The notes under the pieces are model-generated. The model was not told where the DNA came from and did not search any database. It was given only the letters and a program-made list of their open reading frames with translations. Made by a program: the position numbers and the translations under genes. This document shows, piece by piece, positions 19,787 through 28,769 of a stretch of DNA of 64,000 nucleotides. Origin of the DNA: a bacterium (lineage in GTDB: Bacteria > Patescibacteriota > Minisyncoccia > Phycocordibacterales > UBA5272); assembly GCA_027482685.1 (NCBI GenBank), contig JAIXVU010000009.1, positions 14,866 to 78,865 of the forward strand, given 5' to 3'. Each line of letters opens with the position of its first letter. Within the stretch, counting starts at the first letter, position 1.

Positions 19787-19972
19787 ATGAACAAGCTTAT
19801 TGAATACTTCAAAGAATCCCAAGCAGAATTAAAAGAAGTTGTTTTCCCAACCACTAATCAAACTATCACCTACACACTTCTTGTGATTGTTATATCTATC
19901 ATCATAGCTGTATTGCTAGGTGCTGTTGATCTTGGTCTTCGTGAAGGACTCGTCAAACTTCTCGCAAGATAG
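19787..19972 (+). CDS. secE: Preprotein translocase subunit SecE
   Basis: The 61-aa ORF has a single TM helix and the conserved position upstream of nusG. Confidence 0.75.
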   Translation: MNKLIEYFKESQAELKEVVFPTTNQTITYTLLVIVISIIIAVLLGAVDLGLREGLVKLLAR

Positions 19973-20028
19973 CGCATTGTGTTTGTATCAACTAATTACT
20001 ATTAACTATCAACTAATTAACTACCCTT

Positions 20029-20574
20029 ATGGCTAAACAAGAATTTACAGGAGAGCGTCACTGGTACGCCATCCACACCTACAGTGGTTATGAAAATGCT
20101 GTACAACGTAACCTAAAGCAACGTATTGAGTCTCTTGGTATGGAGGATAAGATTTTCAGTGTTGTTGTTCCACTTGAGAAGAAAATTAAAGTAAAAGGAA
20201 CAAAGCGTGTAGAAGTTGAGGAGAAAATATACCCTGGGTATATTCTCGTGGATATGATAGTAGATGATAATAGTTGGTATGTTGTGCGTAACACTCCGCG
20301 CGTAACAGGTTTCGTTGGTGCTGGCACTACTCCTGTACCGCTTAAGCAAGAAGAGATAGATTTTCTCTTTAGTCGTATGAACACAGGAGAGGTTGAACAT
20401 GATATATCAGTTGAGGTTGGTGAACTTGTTGGTATCATTGATGGTCCGTTTAAGGAGTTTGAAGGCAAGGTGTCAGAGGTTGATAAGGCGCGAGGTAAGC
20501 TCAAGGTGCTTGTTAATATGTTTGGGCGTGAGACACCTGTTGAGCTCGACTTTTTGCAAATAAAGAAGATTTAA
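20029..20574 (+). CDS. nusG: Transcription termination/antitermination factor NusG
   Basis: An NGN domain (HWYAIHTYSGYENAV) and a KOW motif are present, in secE-nusG-rplK synteny. Confidence 0.9.
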   Translation: MAKQEFTGERHWYAIHTYSGYENAVQRNLKQRIESLGMEDKIFSVVVPLEKKIKVKGTKRVEVEEKIYPGYILVDMIVDDNSWYVVRNTPRVTGFVGAGTTPVPLKQEEIDFLFSRMNTGEVEHDISVEVGELVGIIDGPFKEFEGKVSEVDKARGKLKVLVNMFGRETPVELDFLQIKKI

Positions 20575-20584
20575 AAATCGCTTC

Positions 20585-20670
20585 AGTCTACCCGCGTTAA
20601 GAGAGATTTTTATTCCCGCAATGTAGGTCTACTACATCTTGGTCGCAAAAATCTTTCTTGCCTTGCATTT
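20585..20670 (+). repeat. Copy R1 of an ~85-nt structured intergenic repeat family (core AATGTAGGTCTACTACATCTT)
   Basis: The conserved core is flanked by complementary arms GATTTTT...AAAAATC, directly after the nusG stop. Confidence 0.7.
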
Positions 20671-20782
20671 AAAGCAATTTTTGAAATCTTCTTGTACCAA
20701 GCTCGTGGGCTCCTTAATAGCAAATTAGCTCTTGAAATATATTAAAAAACGTGATAGAGTACTATAACTTACAAAAACGATT

Positions 20783-21196
20783 ATGGCAGGAAAGAAAATT
20801 ACAAAATACGTAAAAGTTCAGATAGAAGCGGGTAAAGCTACTCCAGCTCCTCCACTTGGTCCTGCCCTTGGTCAGGCTGGTGTTCAGATTGGAGACTTCG
20901 TTAACAAATTCAATGCTGCAACTCAAGGCAAGCAAGGCCGTATGTCAGTAAAGATCTACGTATACGAAGATCGTACATATGACTTTGTGATCAAGACCCC
21001 AACCGCGACATCTCTTGTTATGAAAGCAGCAAACGTTGCAAAGGGTAACAGTAAAGGAAATGCAGGGACTATCAGTAAAGATAAGATTCGTGAGATTGCA
21101 ACCACAAAGCTTGAAGATCTAACAGCTCACACTGTAGAGCAAGGGATGAAGATTATTGAAGGTACTGCTCGCTCTGCCGGCATCAAAGTCGTTTAG
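20783..21196 (+). CDS. rplK: 50S ribosomal protein L11
   Basis: MAGKKITKYVKVQIEAGKATPAPPLGPALGQAGV is a canonical L11 N-terminus. Confidence 0.9.
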   Translation: MAGKKITKYVKVQIEAGKATPAPPLGPALGQAGVQIGDFVNKFNAATQGKQGRMSVKIYVYEDRTYDFVIKTPTATSLVMKAANVAKGNSKGNAGTISKDKIREIATTKLEDLTAHTVEQGMKIIEGTARSAGIKVV

Positions 21197-21210
21197 CCAT
21201 AAAATAGCCA

Positions 21211-21295
21211 CCTACTTTGTCGCCGAGATATTTTTCTCGGTCAATGTAGGTCTACTACATCTCTCTCGAAAAATATCTCGGCTTCGCGTAGCTGT
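21211..21295 (+). repeat. Copy R2 of the structured intergenic repeat family
   Basis: The arms CCGAGATATTTTTC / GAAAAATATCTCGG surround the core AATGTAGGTCTACTACATCT. Confidence 0.7.
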
Positions 21296-21468
21296 CTCAT
21301 TTTCTGACTAAACATGTTTCGTATCTAAGACCGTTTTTTAATTTTATATATTTACGGTAAAACATAAACAAAACTCCGCATTAGTTGCGGAGTTTTGTTT
21401 TGCCGTGTAGGATTATCTCAGCCCCAGAAATGGGATTTCAGTTCGCTTTAAAATCAGAGGTGTACGTC

Positions 21469-22608
21469 ATGACAACTCAAAGTGTTGGTGCATTCAGTAA
21501 GGACGATCTGACGGCTTTTGTCGTCGCAGGCCGCATTGAAACCTTGGATGGGTTTGATCAAAAACACATCGGTTCTGCGTCAATTGATATTACCGTTGTA
21601 GACGGTGAGGCATACCGCGTTGAGCGCTTAGTGCGCCCGAGTGGAAAACGCGGTGAAAAAGTCCGTGATTTATTTCCTGCTTTGATGCCACGACCAGTTG
21701 AGCTTGGCACGGTACTTGTCCCAGGCGAAAAATATATCGCAAAAGCAACGCTCAACACTAACTTTCCTCCGGATGTCTATGCATATGCAAATGCCAAGTC
21801 AACAAGTGGGCGAAACATGTGTTTGTGTCGCACTCTTGCAGACGGGGTTGAGGGTTATGACACTCTGGATAGGAGGTGGAGTGGTTGGAGTGGTGAGGTC
21901 TGGCTTACAATTGAACCTCTCGTCTTCCCAATTATTCTCACAGACAAGGAATGTTATGCACAGGTGAGAGTTTTTGACGGGGATACTCGTTTCCAAGAAG
22001 AAGATTTGAGGCAAGAATTGATTAAGCAAGATTTACTGTATCGTCAAGATGGCGGTAGATATAAGCAGGGTGAGCTTGCGCTTGCTTCAGGTGATGGAAC
22101 AGTGTTCACGACGTTGTATGCAAAGGCTGGTAAGCTCGTCGGGTTTCGCGCAAGAAGGACCCGTAGACCGCTTCATCTCGAGGATAGAGGGCTTGATCCT
22201 CGTGAGTATTTCGAGCCAGTATACGCGGAGCTTGACCCAAGCGATTCAGATGGCGGGCTCATCACACTCGAACCAGGCTGGTACTACTTGCTGTCGACGA
22301 ACGAGACGCTTGATGTTCCTGAGCATTTGTGTGCTGAGCTTGTTATGCTTCATGCACGCTTCGGGTTGTTCTTCTCACACTTCGCAGGGTTCTTTGATCC
22401 TGGGTTTCGAGGAGTACCAACGCTTGAAGTGACGTGTCTTCTGCCCACCACGATGAGGCACCGTGAAGCTATCGGTTGTTTCCGCTATGAACGCATGCGC
22501 TCAGCGACTGAGTCCTATGCAAAGACGGGTAACTATAGCGGTCAGACTCGTACAACCCTCCCTAAGCAGTTTACAATGCCAGATGAGTGGCGTGCTGCTA
22601 TGGTGTGA
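21469..22608 (+). CDS. dCTP deaminase-like protein with a tandem dUTPase-fold (PF06559-type 2'-deoxycytidine 5'-triphosphate deaminase)
   Basis: The ORF is ~380-407 aa depending on start (ORF-track start 21385; alternative ATGs at 21430 and 21469). The GFFDPGFRG motif resembles the dUTPase/dCTP-deaminase GxxDxGYRG motif. The gene looks markedly GC-richer than its flanks by eye. Confidence 0.4.
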   Translation: MTTQSVGAFSKDDLTAFVVAGRIETLDGFDQKHIGSASIDITVVDGEAYRVERLVRPSGKRGEKVRDLFPALMPRPVELGTVLVPGEKYIAKATLNTNFPPDVYAYANAKSTSGRNMCLCRTLADGVEGYDTLDRRWSGWSGEVWLTIEPLVFPIILTDKECYAQVRVFDGDTRFQEEDLRQELIKQDLLYRQDGGRYKQGELALASGDGTVFTTLYAKAGKLVGFRARRTRRPLHLEDRGLDPREYFEPVYAELDPSDSDGGLITLEPGWYYLLSTNETLDVPEHLCAELVMLHARFGLFFSHFAGFFDPGFRGVPTLEVTCLLPTTMRHREAIGCFRYERMRSATESYAKTGNYSGQTRTTLPKQFTMPDEWRAAMV

Positions 22609-22677
22609 GCTCTGTTTTCCAAGCGGTCCTGTAGGGCCGCTTTTTCTTTTCTTTCTTTTTGTAGTAGAGTAGAAGGT

Positions 22678-23097
22678 ATGAAACTTTTTATAAAAAAATT
22701 ACGTAATGATGCAAGGTTGCCAACTCGTGCTCATGACGACGATGCAGGGATTGATTTATATGCGTGCGGTGAACATAAAGTTCCACCACATGCAACCGCA
22801 ATGATCCCAGCAGGTATTGCGCTTGAGATAGAAGAGGGCTATGTAGGGCTCATTTGGGACAAGTCATCAATTGGTTCTAAAAGTATGAAGACATTAGGTG
22901 GTGTTATTGACGCAGGCTATCGTGGTGAGATAACAGTAATGGTTCATAATTTGAACGATGAGCCATATACATTTGAAAACGGAAATAAAGTTGGTCAGAT
23001 GCTAATACAAAAAGTTGAATTCCCAGAAATTATAGAAGTAACTGAATTGTCAGAGTCTAAACGTGGAACAGGAGGATTCGGAAGTACTGGAAAATAG
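22678..23097 (+). CDS. dut: dUTP diphosphatase
   Basis: AGIDLYA and GVIDAGYRGEITV match dUTPase motifs; the ORF is 139 aa. Confidence 0.85.
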   Translation: MKLFIKKLRNDARLPTRAHDDDAGIDLYACGEHKVPPHATAMIPAGIALEIEEGYVGLIWDKSSIGSKSMKTLGGVIDAGYRGEITVMVHNLNDEPYTFENGNKVGQMLIQKVEFPEIIEVTELSESKRGTGGFGSTGK

Positions 23098-23187
23098 GCT
23101 TATATAGTTTTTGCAAAATCACAATCAAAAAGGTAGGATTGTGACGTACAGCTTGTATAGCTGATTGTTCCTACAGGAGATTGTAAC

Positions 23188-23748
23188 ATGTCAAAGCGTA
23201 CCGTTCAGGTAGTGTGTGCCATTTCTTCACCTGATGGAATTTTTGGTGAAGGGGATGGGTTGCCGTGGAAGTTCGGCAGACCAAACGAGGACTTCAAGAG
23301 GTTCAAAGATCTCACAGGTGAGACCACCAAGGGTTCTGTCATCATGGGACGTGCTACATGGGAATCACTACCGCTAAACTTTCGACCGCTTAAGGGACGA
23401 CAGAATATTGTCGTTACTCGTAATCTTGACTACTACGAAGAAGGCGCTGAGGTCTGCTACTCGTTAGACGAGGCGCTTGAGCGTGCAGAGTCGCCTACTA
23501 TCTCAATCATTGGTGGTAGAGAGTTGGTAAAAGAAGCGCTCGAACGGCATCTCATTGACGTTGCTCACATTACTGTGGTTGAAAAGACATTACCTTCAAC
23601 TGATGCTACGGTGTATTTTCCGCAGCTGTTATCGAGTGAGTTTCTTTTCCATCTTGCAAGCATCTCTGTTGAACAACATACACAAGCATTAGAAGATGGT
23701 GCTTTTGTTAACATTCTTTTCAAGAGATATGAACGTCGTGATACTTGA
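23188..23748 (+). CDS. folA: Dihydrofolate reductase
   Basis: GLPWKF, VIMGRATWESLP and NIVVTRN match DHFR motifs. Confidence 0.8.
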   Translation: MSKRTVQVVCAISSPDGIFGEGDGLPWKFGRPNEDFKRFKDLTGETTKGSVIMGRATWESLPLNFRPLKGRQNIVVTRNLDYYEEGAEVCYSLDEALERAESPTISIIGGRELVKEALERHLIDVAHITVVEKTLPSTDATVYFPQLLSSEFLFHLASISVEQHTQALEDGAFVNILFKRYERRDT

Positions 23749-23842
23749 ACTATCGCAGGGAAAGGGAAACGCGGCCGAGAGGCCGCGTTTTTTGTTATAA
23801 AAGAAAAGCCTTGTCCAAAGACAAGGCTTTCCACGTACAAGA

Positions 23843-24778
23843 TCAAAGCATTTCCGCCGGAATCTTTTCATGTGAACGGTATTTCTCAAGTCGAATATCA
23901 CGCATGGTGAATGAATCAATATCCGTGATATCAGGATTGAGCCAAAGTGTCGGAGCTTCAAGCGGTGTGCGAGAGAGTTGCTCTTTTACCTGGTTGCCGT
24001 GTCCACGAGTGTAGTTCTGTACTTTCTGCTCACCTTCAAGGGCAGCAAGATATACATGACAATCTTCAAGTGTCATGACCAGTTCTCCTGCAACCATGTC
24101 GACACACTGTGCAATCATGTGTAGCAATAATGCATAGCTTGCGATATTGAAGGGGACGCCAAGGAACATATCACAGGACCGCTGGTCCATTGAAAGATCC
24201 AAGAACATTTTGCCGCCTTGAGGATTGGGGCGGACAAAGAGCTGGAACTTCATGTGACAAGGTGGTAAGCACATGTCGTCAATCTCACCAGGGTTCCATG
24301 CATTCACGACATGGTAACGACTGAATGGATCATCTTTCAGTTGATTGATCACTTTCGTAATCTGGTCATAGGTTTTGCCTTGCGCATTGATCCAGTTACG
24401 CCATTGTGCCCCGTAGATGCGACCGCAGTCACCTTCAAACTTTGCTTTTCCTTGGGACGCAAACCGAGCTTGGTCATGCGTCCAGATGTTCCGTGCCTGA
24501 GGTGCTTTACCCATGTATTCATTTAGCTTGGCAAGTGATAATCTGTAACCCGAGTCTTCGCCGGCATCAAGGAACCACAGTAGTTCGGCTTTCACCACTT
24601 CAAATGCAAGGAATTTTGTGGTAACAGCAGGGAATCCTTTTAGCAAATCAAAACGCATCTGGTGTGCGAGTATCGCAGTTGTTACGCCGTTACGGGTTAC
24701 ACGCACTGACCCATTGACCATCGTCTCACGAAGTGCACCCAAGAAGACTTGTTCGTTTGGGTTAATAGAAGAGGTCAT
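23843..24778 (-). CDS. thyA: Thymidylate synthase (ThyA type)
   Basis: AHQMRFDL, LLWFL, and the active site PPCHMKFQLFV are present. The start is taken at MTSSINP, not the upstream ATG. Confidence 0.85.
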   Translation of the reverse strand: MTSSINPNEQVFLGALRETMVNGSVRVTRNGVTTAILAHQMRFDLLKGFPAVTTKFLAFEVVKAELLWFLDAGEDSGYRLSLAKLNEYMGKAPQARNIWTHDQARFASQGKAKFEGDCGRIYGAQWRNWINAQGKTYDQITKVINQLKDDPFSRYHVVNAWNPGEIDDMCLPPCHMKFQLFVRPNPQGGKMFLDLSMDQRSCDMFLGVPFNIASYALLLHMIAQCVDMVAGELVMTLEDCHVYLAALEGEQKVQNYTRGHGNQVKEQLSRTPLEAPTLWLNPDITDIDSFTMRDIRLEKYRSHEKIPAEML

Positions 24779-24943
24779 GTCTGACTCCTGTGAAAGTTGT
24801 TGAAAAATGAACTGCAAACAGCCGTATATACTGTACCGCTTTAAGCGTTGTTTAGCAATATTGCTCTATATATTAAAATTATGTACTCTTTATCTTGGAA
24901 TACAGTCATTCACTGTATGCTTACACAGTAAGGAGAAAGTACA

Positions 24944-25642
24944 ATGTTTGCAAGATTAATTGTCATTGAAGGATCTGATGGTGCGGGGAAGGAAACACAA
25001 GCCGATCTTCTGGCCGGCTCCTTCCGTTCGCAGGGTCGAACAGTTGCAAAGGTATCATTTCCTCGTTACCGAGAGACTCTGGGTGGGATGTTGATATGGG
25101 AGGTCCTCAAAAGTGATCGCGCCTATACGTATAACTTTGCAAAGAGCGACCCGAGATTGGCGAGCATGATGTATGCCGCAGACAGAAAAGAATCACTTCC
25201 TCTTCTTCGTCAACTGATTGAAAAAAACGATGTGGTCATTCTTGATCGTTACGTGGAGTCTAATCTTCTGCATCAGGGTGGCAAGTTTGCTACCGAAGAA
25301 GAGAGGATCCTGTTTGCAAAGTGGCTGTATGACCTTGAGTACGGAGATAACCATCTTCCGAAACCTCATAAGGTTGTCTATCTCTCGCTTCCATTCTGGC
25401 TGTCACGCAAACGTGCTGAGCTACGCGCAGCACAGACCGGCGGCACACTAGATGCAGTGGAGAGAGATACTGCCTACGTTAAGGCTGGGCATGAGTCAGG
25501 TCTTTTCTATGCCAATCACTTCGATTGGTCTGTAATTGATTGCCTTGAAGGCGAGAGAGAGCTTACCCGCGCAGAAGTGCACAAGAAGATATGCGACGTC
25601 GTTGACAATAGCTCGTTTACTCGCCATAAGCAGACGCCATAG
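24944..25642 (+). CDS. tmk: Thymidylate (dTMP) kinase
   Basis: The P-loop IVIEGSDGAGKETQ and LDRY motifs are present. Confidence 0.8.
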   Translation: MFARLIVIEGSDGAGKETQADLLAGSFRSQGRTVAKVSFPRYRETLGGMLIWEVLKSDRAYTYNFAKSDPRLASMMYAADRKESLPLLRQLIEKNDVVILDRYVESNLLHQGGKFATEEERILFAKWLYDLEYGDNHLPKPHKVVYLSLPFWLSRKRAELRAAQTGGTLDAVERDTAYVKAGHESGLFYANHFDWSVIDCLEGERELTRAEVHKKICDVVDNSSFTRHKQTP

Positions 25643-25728
25643 TCGTATTGCAGGCACCAGAACCCAGTTGACCTACGTCAACTGGGTTCTTTCTTTTTAT
25701 TCTCTTCTAAATACGGTACTATAGTGGA

Positions 25729-27495
25729 ATGAATGCATACACAGAAATATATAATTCTCTAAAAGAATTTGCCGGAGAGGCAAACTTTTCACTTGATATT
25801 TCTGAGAGCGTGGCGCATGGAGATTATGCAACTAACGTCGCTTTTGTTCTTAGTAAACAAAAAGGGGTGAGTCCTAAAGTATGCGCTGATGAATTGACAC
25901 AAACTCTAAAAGAAAAAATTTCGAATATTGTGAATGATATACAGGTAGCAGGTCCTGGATTTATCAACTTTTTCTTGCGAGATGATGTACTACGAAAAGA
26001 AAACGAGAGCAGTCAATTAAAATTGGTGACCAGCTATTCTGGTAAGAATATTCTTGTCGAGCACTCATCGCCAAATCTCTTCAAACCATTCTCAGTTGGA
26101 CATCTCATGAATAACATCATCGGTGAGTTTGTGGCACGAGCTGTAAAAGTAGGTGGTGCAAATGTGATGACAATGTCATTTCCGTCCGATGTATCGCTTG
26201 GTATTGCTAAGGCACTCATGATGATTGAAAGAGATATCAATAAACAAGAGATAACAATAGATTATTTTAATAATGAGCAGGAAGATGTTGTTATTAAATA
26301 TCTTGGTGAAGCATACGTAAGAGGTGTTAAAGCGTGTGAGGAAAATGAACAAAGTCTAGAAGATGCAAAAAAAGTTTTAGATAAATTATATAAACATACA
26401 AACACAGGAGGAATCATAGAAGATGAAACTTTTTATCAACTAGTTGGTCGTACGCGAATAATTAATGAGAATTATTTCAAGAAAGTTTTAGAAAGCATAG
26501 ATAGTAAGATTGATGCTTTTGTATATGAAAGTGAAGCTGGTAATGCTGGGCTAGAAATTGTTAAAGAAAATACAGGTGAAGGAAAAGTATTTACAGAAAG
26601 TGAAGGAGCTATTGTCTATATTCCACATGAAGATAGAAAAGATATTAATACGTCTGTATTTATTAATAGCCAAGGATATCCAACATATGAAGCAAAGGAT
26701 ATTGGATTAATTACTATTAAGTTTAGTGGAGCGTTTGGATTACAAAATGTTAAAGATTTTATACCAGAAGAGTCATTCTTTATAACAGACGCGGAACAGA
26801 TTTCACATTTCAAAGTGGTGTTAGATGCTGCTAGTAAACTAGGAGGTGATTGGCCAGAGTGGGTAGCAAAGAGTCACCATGTTCCACATGGACGTATGCT
26901 ATTCAAAGGAGCGAAGATGTCGAGTAGGTTAGGTGGTGTACCGCTTGCACTTGATGTGATCGGCGTTGTTGAGGAAGAGGTACGAGAACGAGCAGGTGAG
27001 AAAATTGCCCATCTTGGCGATGAGGAGAAGAAGAAGTTAGAACGTGATATAGCCCTCTCTGCGCTTCGTGTTGCAGTGCTACGTAGCAAGCCTGGGATTA
27101 ATATCAACTTTGATCCAGAGACGTCGCTATCATTTGAAGGGGACTCAGGACCATATCTTCTCTACACACACGCACGATGTAGTTCGTTGCTTGAAAAAGG
27201 CAAAGAGAAAGGATACGAGCCAATATTTGGAGATGTTGCATCTCTTCCTATCGAGCACGAGCTCGTAGCATTTGAGCTCGTACTTAAAGATGCGGTAGAG
27301 ACACTTGCTCCACAGAAGCTTGTCACGTATCTCTTCAAAGTTGCTCAGGCATTTAACTCATTTTATGGGAATACACAGATTGTTACTGATAACAAAGAAG
27401 AATCAGAGCACAGCCTCGCAATTGTAACTCGTGTGAAGTTTGTCCTCAAAGAAGGGCTCCATGTCCTTGGAATAAATGCTCCTGAGAGAATGTAG
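25729..27495 (+). CDS. argS: Arginyl-tRNA synthetase
   Basis: The 588-aa ORF has a class I core and a C-terminal DALR anticodon-binding domain. Confidence 0.8.
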   Translation: MNAYTEIYNSLKEFAGEANFSLDISESVAHGDYATNVAFVLSKQKGVSPKVCADELTQTLKEKISNIVNDIQVAGPGFINFFLRDDVLRKENESSQLKLVTSYSGKNILVEHSSPNLFKPFSVGHLMNNIIGEFVARAVKVGGANVMTMSFPSDVSLGIAKALMMIERDINKQEITIDYFNNEQEDVVIKYLGEAYVRGVKACEENEQSLEDAKKVLDKLYKHTNTGGIIEDETFYQLVGRTRIINENYFKKVLESIDSKIDAFVYESEAGNAGLEIVKENTGEGKVFTESEGAIVYIPHEDRKDINTSVFINSQGYPTYEAKDIGLITIKFSGAFGLQNVKDFIPEESFFITDAEQISHFKVVLDAASKLGGDWPEWVAKSHHVPHGRMLFKGAKMSSRLGGVPLALDVIGVVEEEVRERAGEKIAHLGDEEKKKLERDIALSALRVAVLRSKPGININFDPETSLSFEGDSGPYLLYTHARCSSLLEKGKEKGYEPIFGDVASLPIEHELVAFELVLKDAVETLAPQKLVTYLFKVAQAFNSFYGNTQIVTDNKEESEHSLAIVTRVKFVLKEGLHVLGINAPERM

Positions 27496-27546
27496 TTTCG
27501 TTTTTTATGGGACTGCTATATACTAAAAGTTATAATCTCTAAATAT

Positions 27547-28398
27547 ATGAACTTTAACGGAAAACCTCTTAGCCTTGATACAAGAGCACTTGACGCAGCG
27601 GGACTAGTTCCGATAGATACACCAGAAGCGGTAAAGGATACTCCAAAAACAGTAGCAGCAATTTTAGCAGGAGGTGACCCCGTGGAACTCGAGGCCCTTG
27701 ATGCAAAGTATGCAGTTCCTACCTCAACACCGTCTAATGTAACTCCTGAGACAGCAACTGAAGCACCTATTTCTACCCCAGAAGGGTTTAATGTTAAGCA
27801 AGCTCTAGGCAATGCTTCAACCATAGAAGAAATAATTGATATTGTTAAAAAGGGGCAAACAGATGGCATGTTTTTCGGTTACCCGGTAGATAAGGCACTA
27901 AGAGTCCTAACTGAAGGATATGGTCAGAATTTTCCTGATAGCGATGTTCAAAATGCTGTTTTTCGCTTTGAGAATAACACAGGGGCTAGAGATCTCGGTC
28001 CTACGGCTAAAGAAGAATGGTATAAAAAATACTTTGCATCCAAACAACCAATTGAAGATATTAACCCTGCAAAAGTTGCAGTGCTTGATTATAGAGAAGA
28101 GGGTATTCTAAAAGATCTTGAGACAGTAGATTGGTTAGATGGTTATGCTAATCTTTTTAGCCAACTAACAAAAGCAGATCCAGCTCAAAAACTTTCAGTC
28201 GAAAAAGTAAGAATGGCTGTTGGCGGACTTCTTGATTCCTTTAGTGGTGGAGGTCTTAGTGGTCCACTTAAAGAAATACATCTCAGAAAGTTTAATGAGG
28301 CATTAATTAAGTTGCCTTTGAGCGAGCAACAAAGGTTAAGGTATCTAAGTAACAAAAAGATTGAAGAAAAAACAAAAATTGCTAATTTTATTAAATAG
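27547..28398 (+). CDS. Hypothetical protein
   Basis: 283-aa ORF with no recognisable motif. Confidence 0.4.
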   Translation: MNFNGKPLSLDTRALDAAGLVPIDTPEAVKDTPKTVAAILAGGDPVELEALDAKYAVPTSTPSNVTPETATEAPISTPEGFNVKQALGNASTIEEIIDIVKKGQTDGMFFGYPVDKALRVLTEGYGQNFPDSDVQNAVFRFENNTGARDLGPTAKEEWYKKYFASKQPIEDINPAKVAVLDYREEGILKDLETVDWLDGYANLFSQLTKADPAQKLSVEKVRMAVGGLLDSFSGGGLSGPLKEIHLRKFNEALIKLPLSEQQRLRYLSNKKIEEKTKIANFIK

Positions 28399-28439
28399 TT
28401 AAAATTATTTTTCTTGCGTTACTATGTATGTATCTGCTA

Positions 28440-28762
28440 CTATAGAAAGATAATGCAATGAAGGGACTAATCACCCCAGAGCAGTGGGAAGAACCCCATC
28501 TCAAGTTTTGAATAATAGTAATTTCTAAACAAAGCTGGAGATGGGAAGTAGAGCCCAAGTAAATAAGCCCCCCACCAATTTTGTAAAGATACTATTGAGT
28601 AATGTATAAAGTATAGAAAATATATTTTATTGAATGAAAAATAAACTAGGACAAAATTAGTGGGGGGGAATCAAGGTGGTACCACGACAAAAAGCTTTCT
28701 TTACAAGTCGTCCTTGGAAAAGAGTTCAATACGAATTCTTTTCTGTGGACGACTTTTACTTT
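28440..28762 (+). promoter_or_regulatory. T-box riboswitch leader with an Ile (AUC) specifier upstream of ileS
   Basis: A T-box-like AATCAAGGTGGTACCACG lies at 28669-28686. The specifier context CTAATCA has codon ATC at 28470-28472. A terminator GTCGTCC...GGACGAC plus a T-run at 28707-28760 sits just before the ileS start. Confidence 0.6.
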
Positions 28763-28769
28763 TATAATC

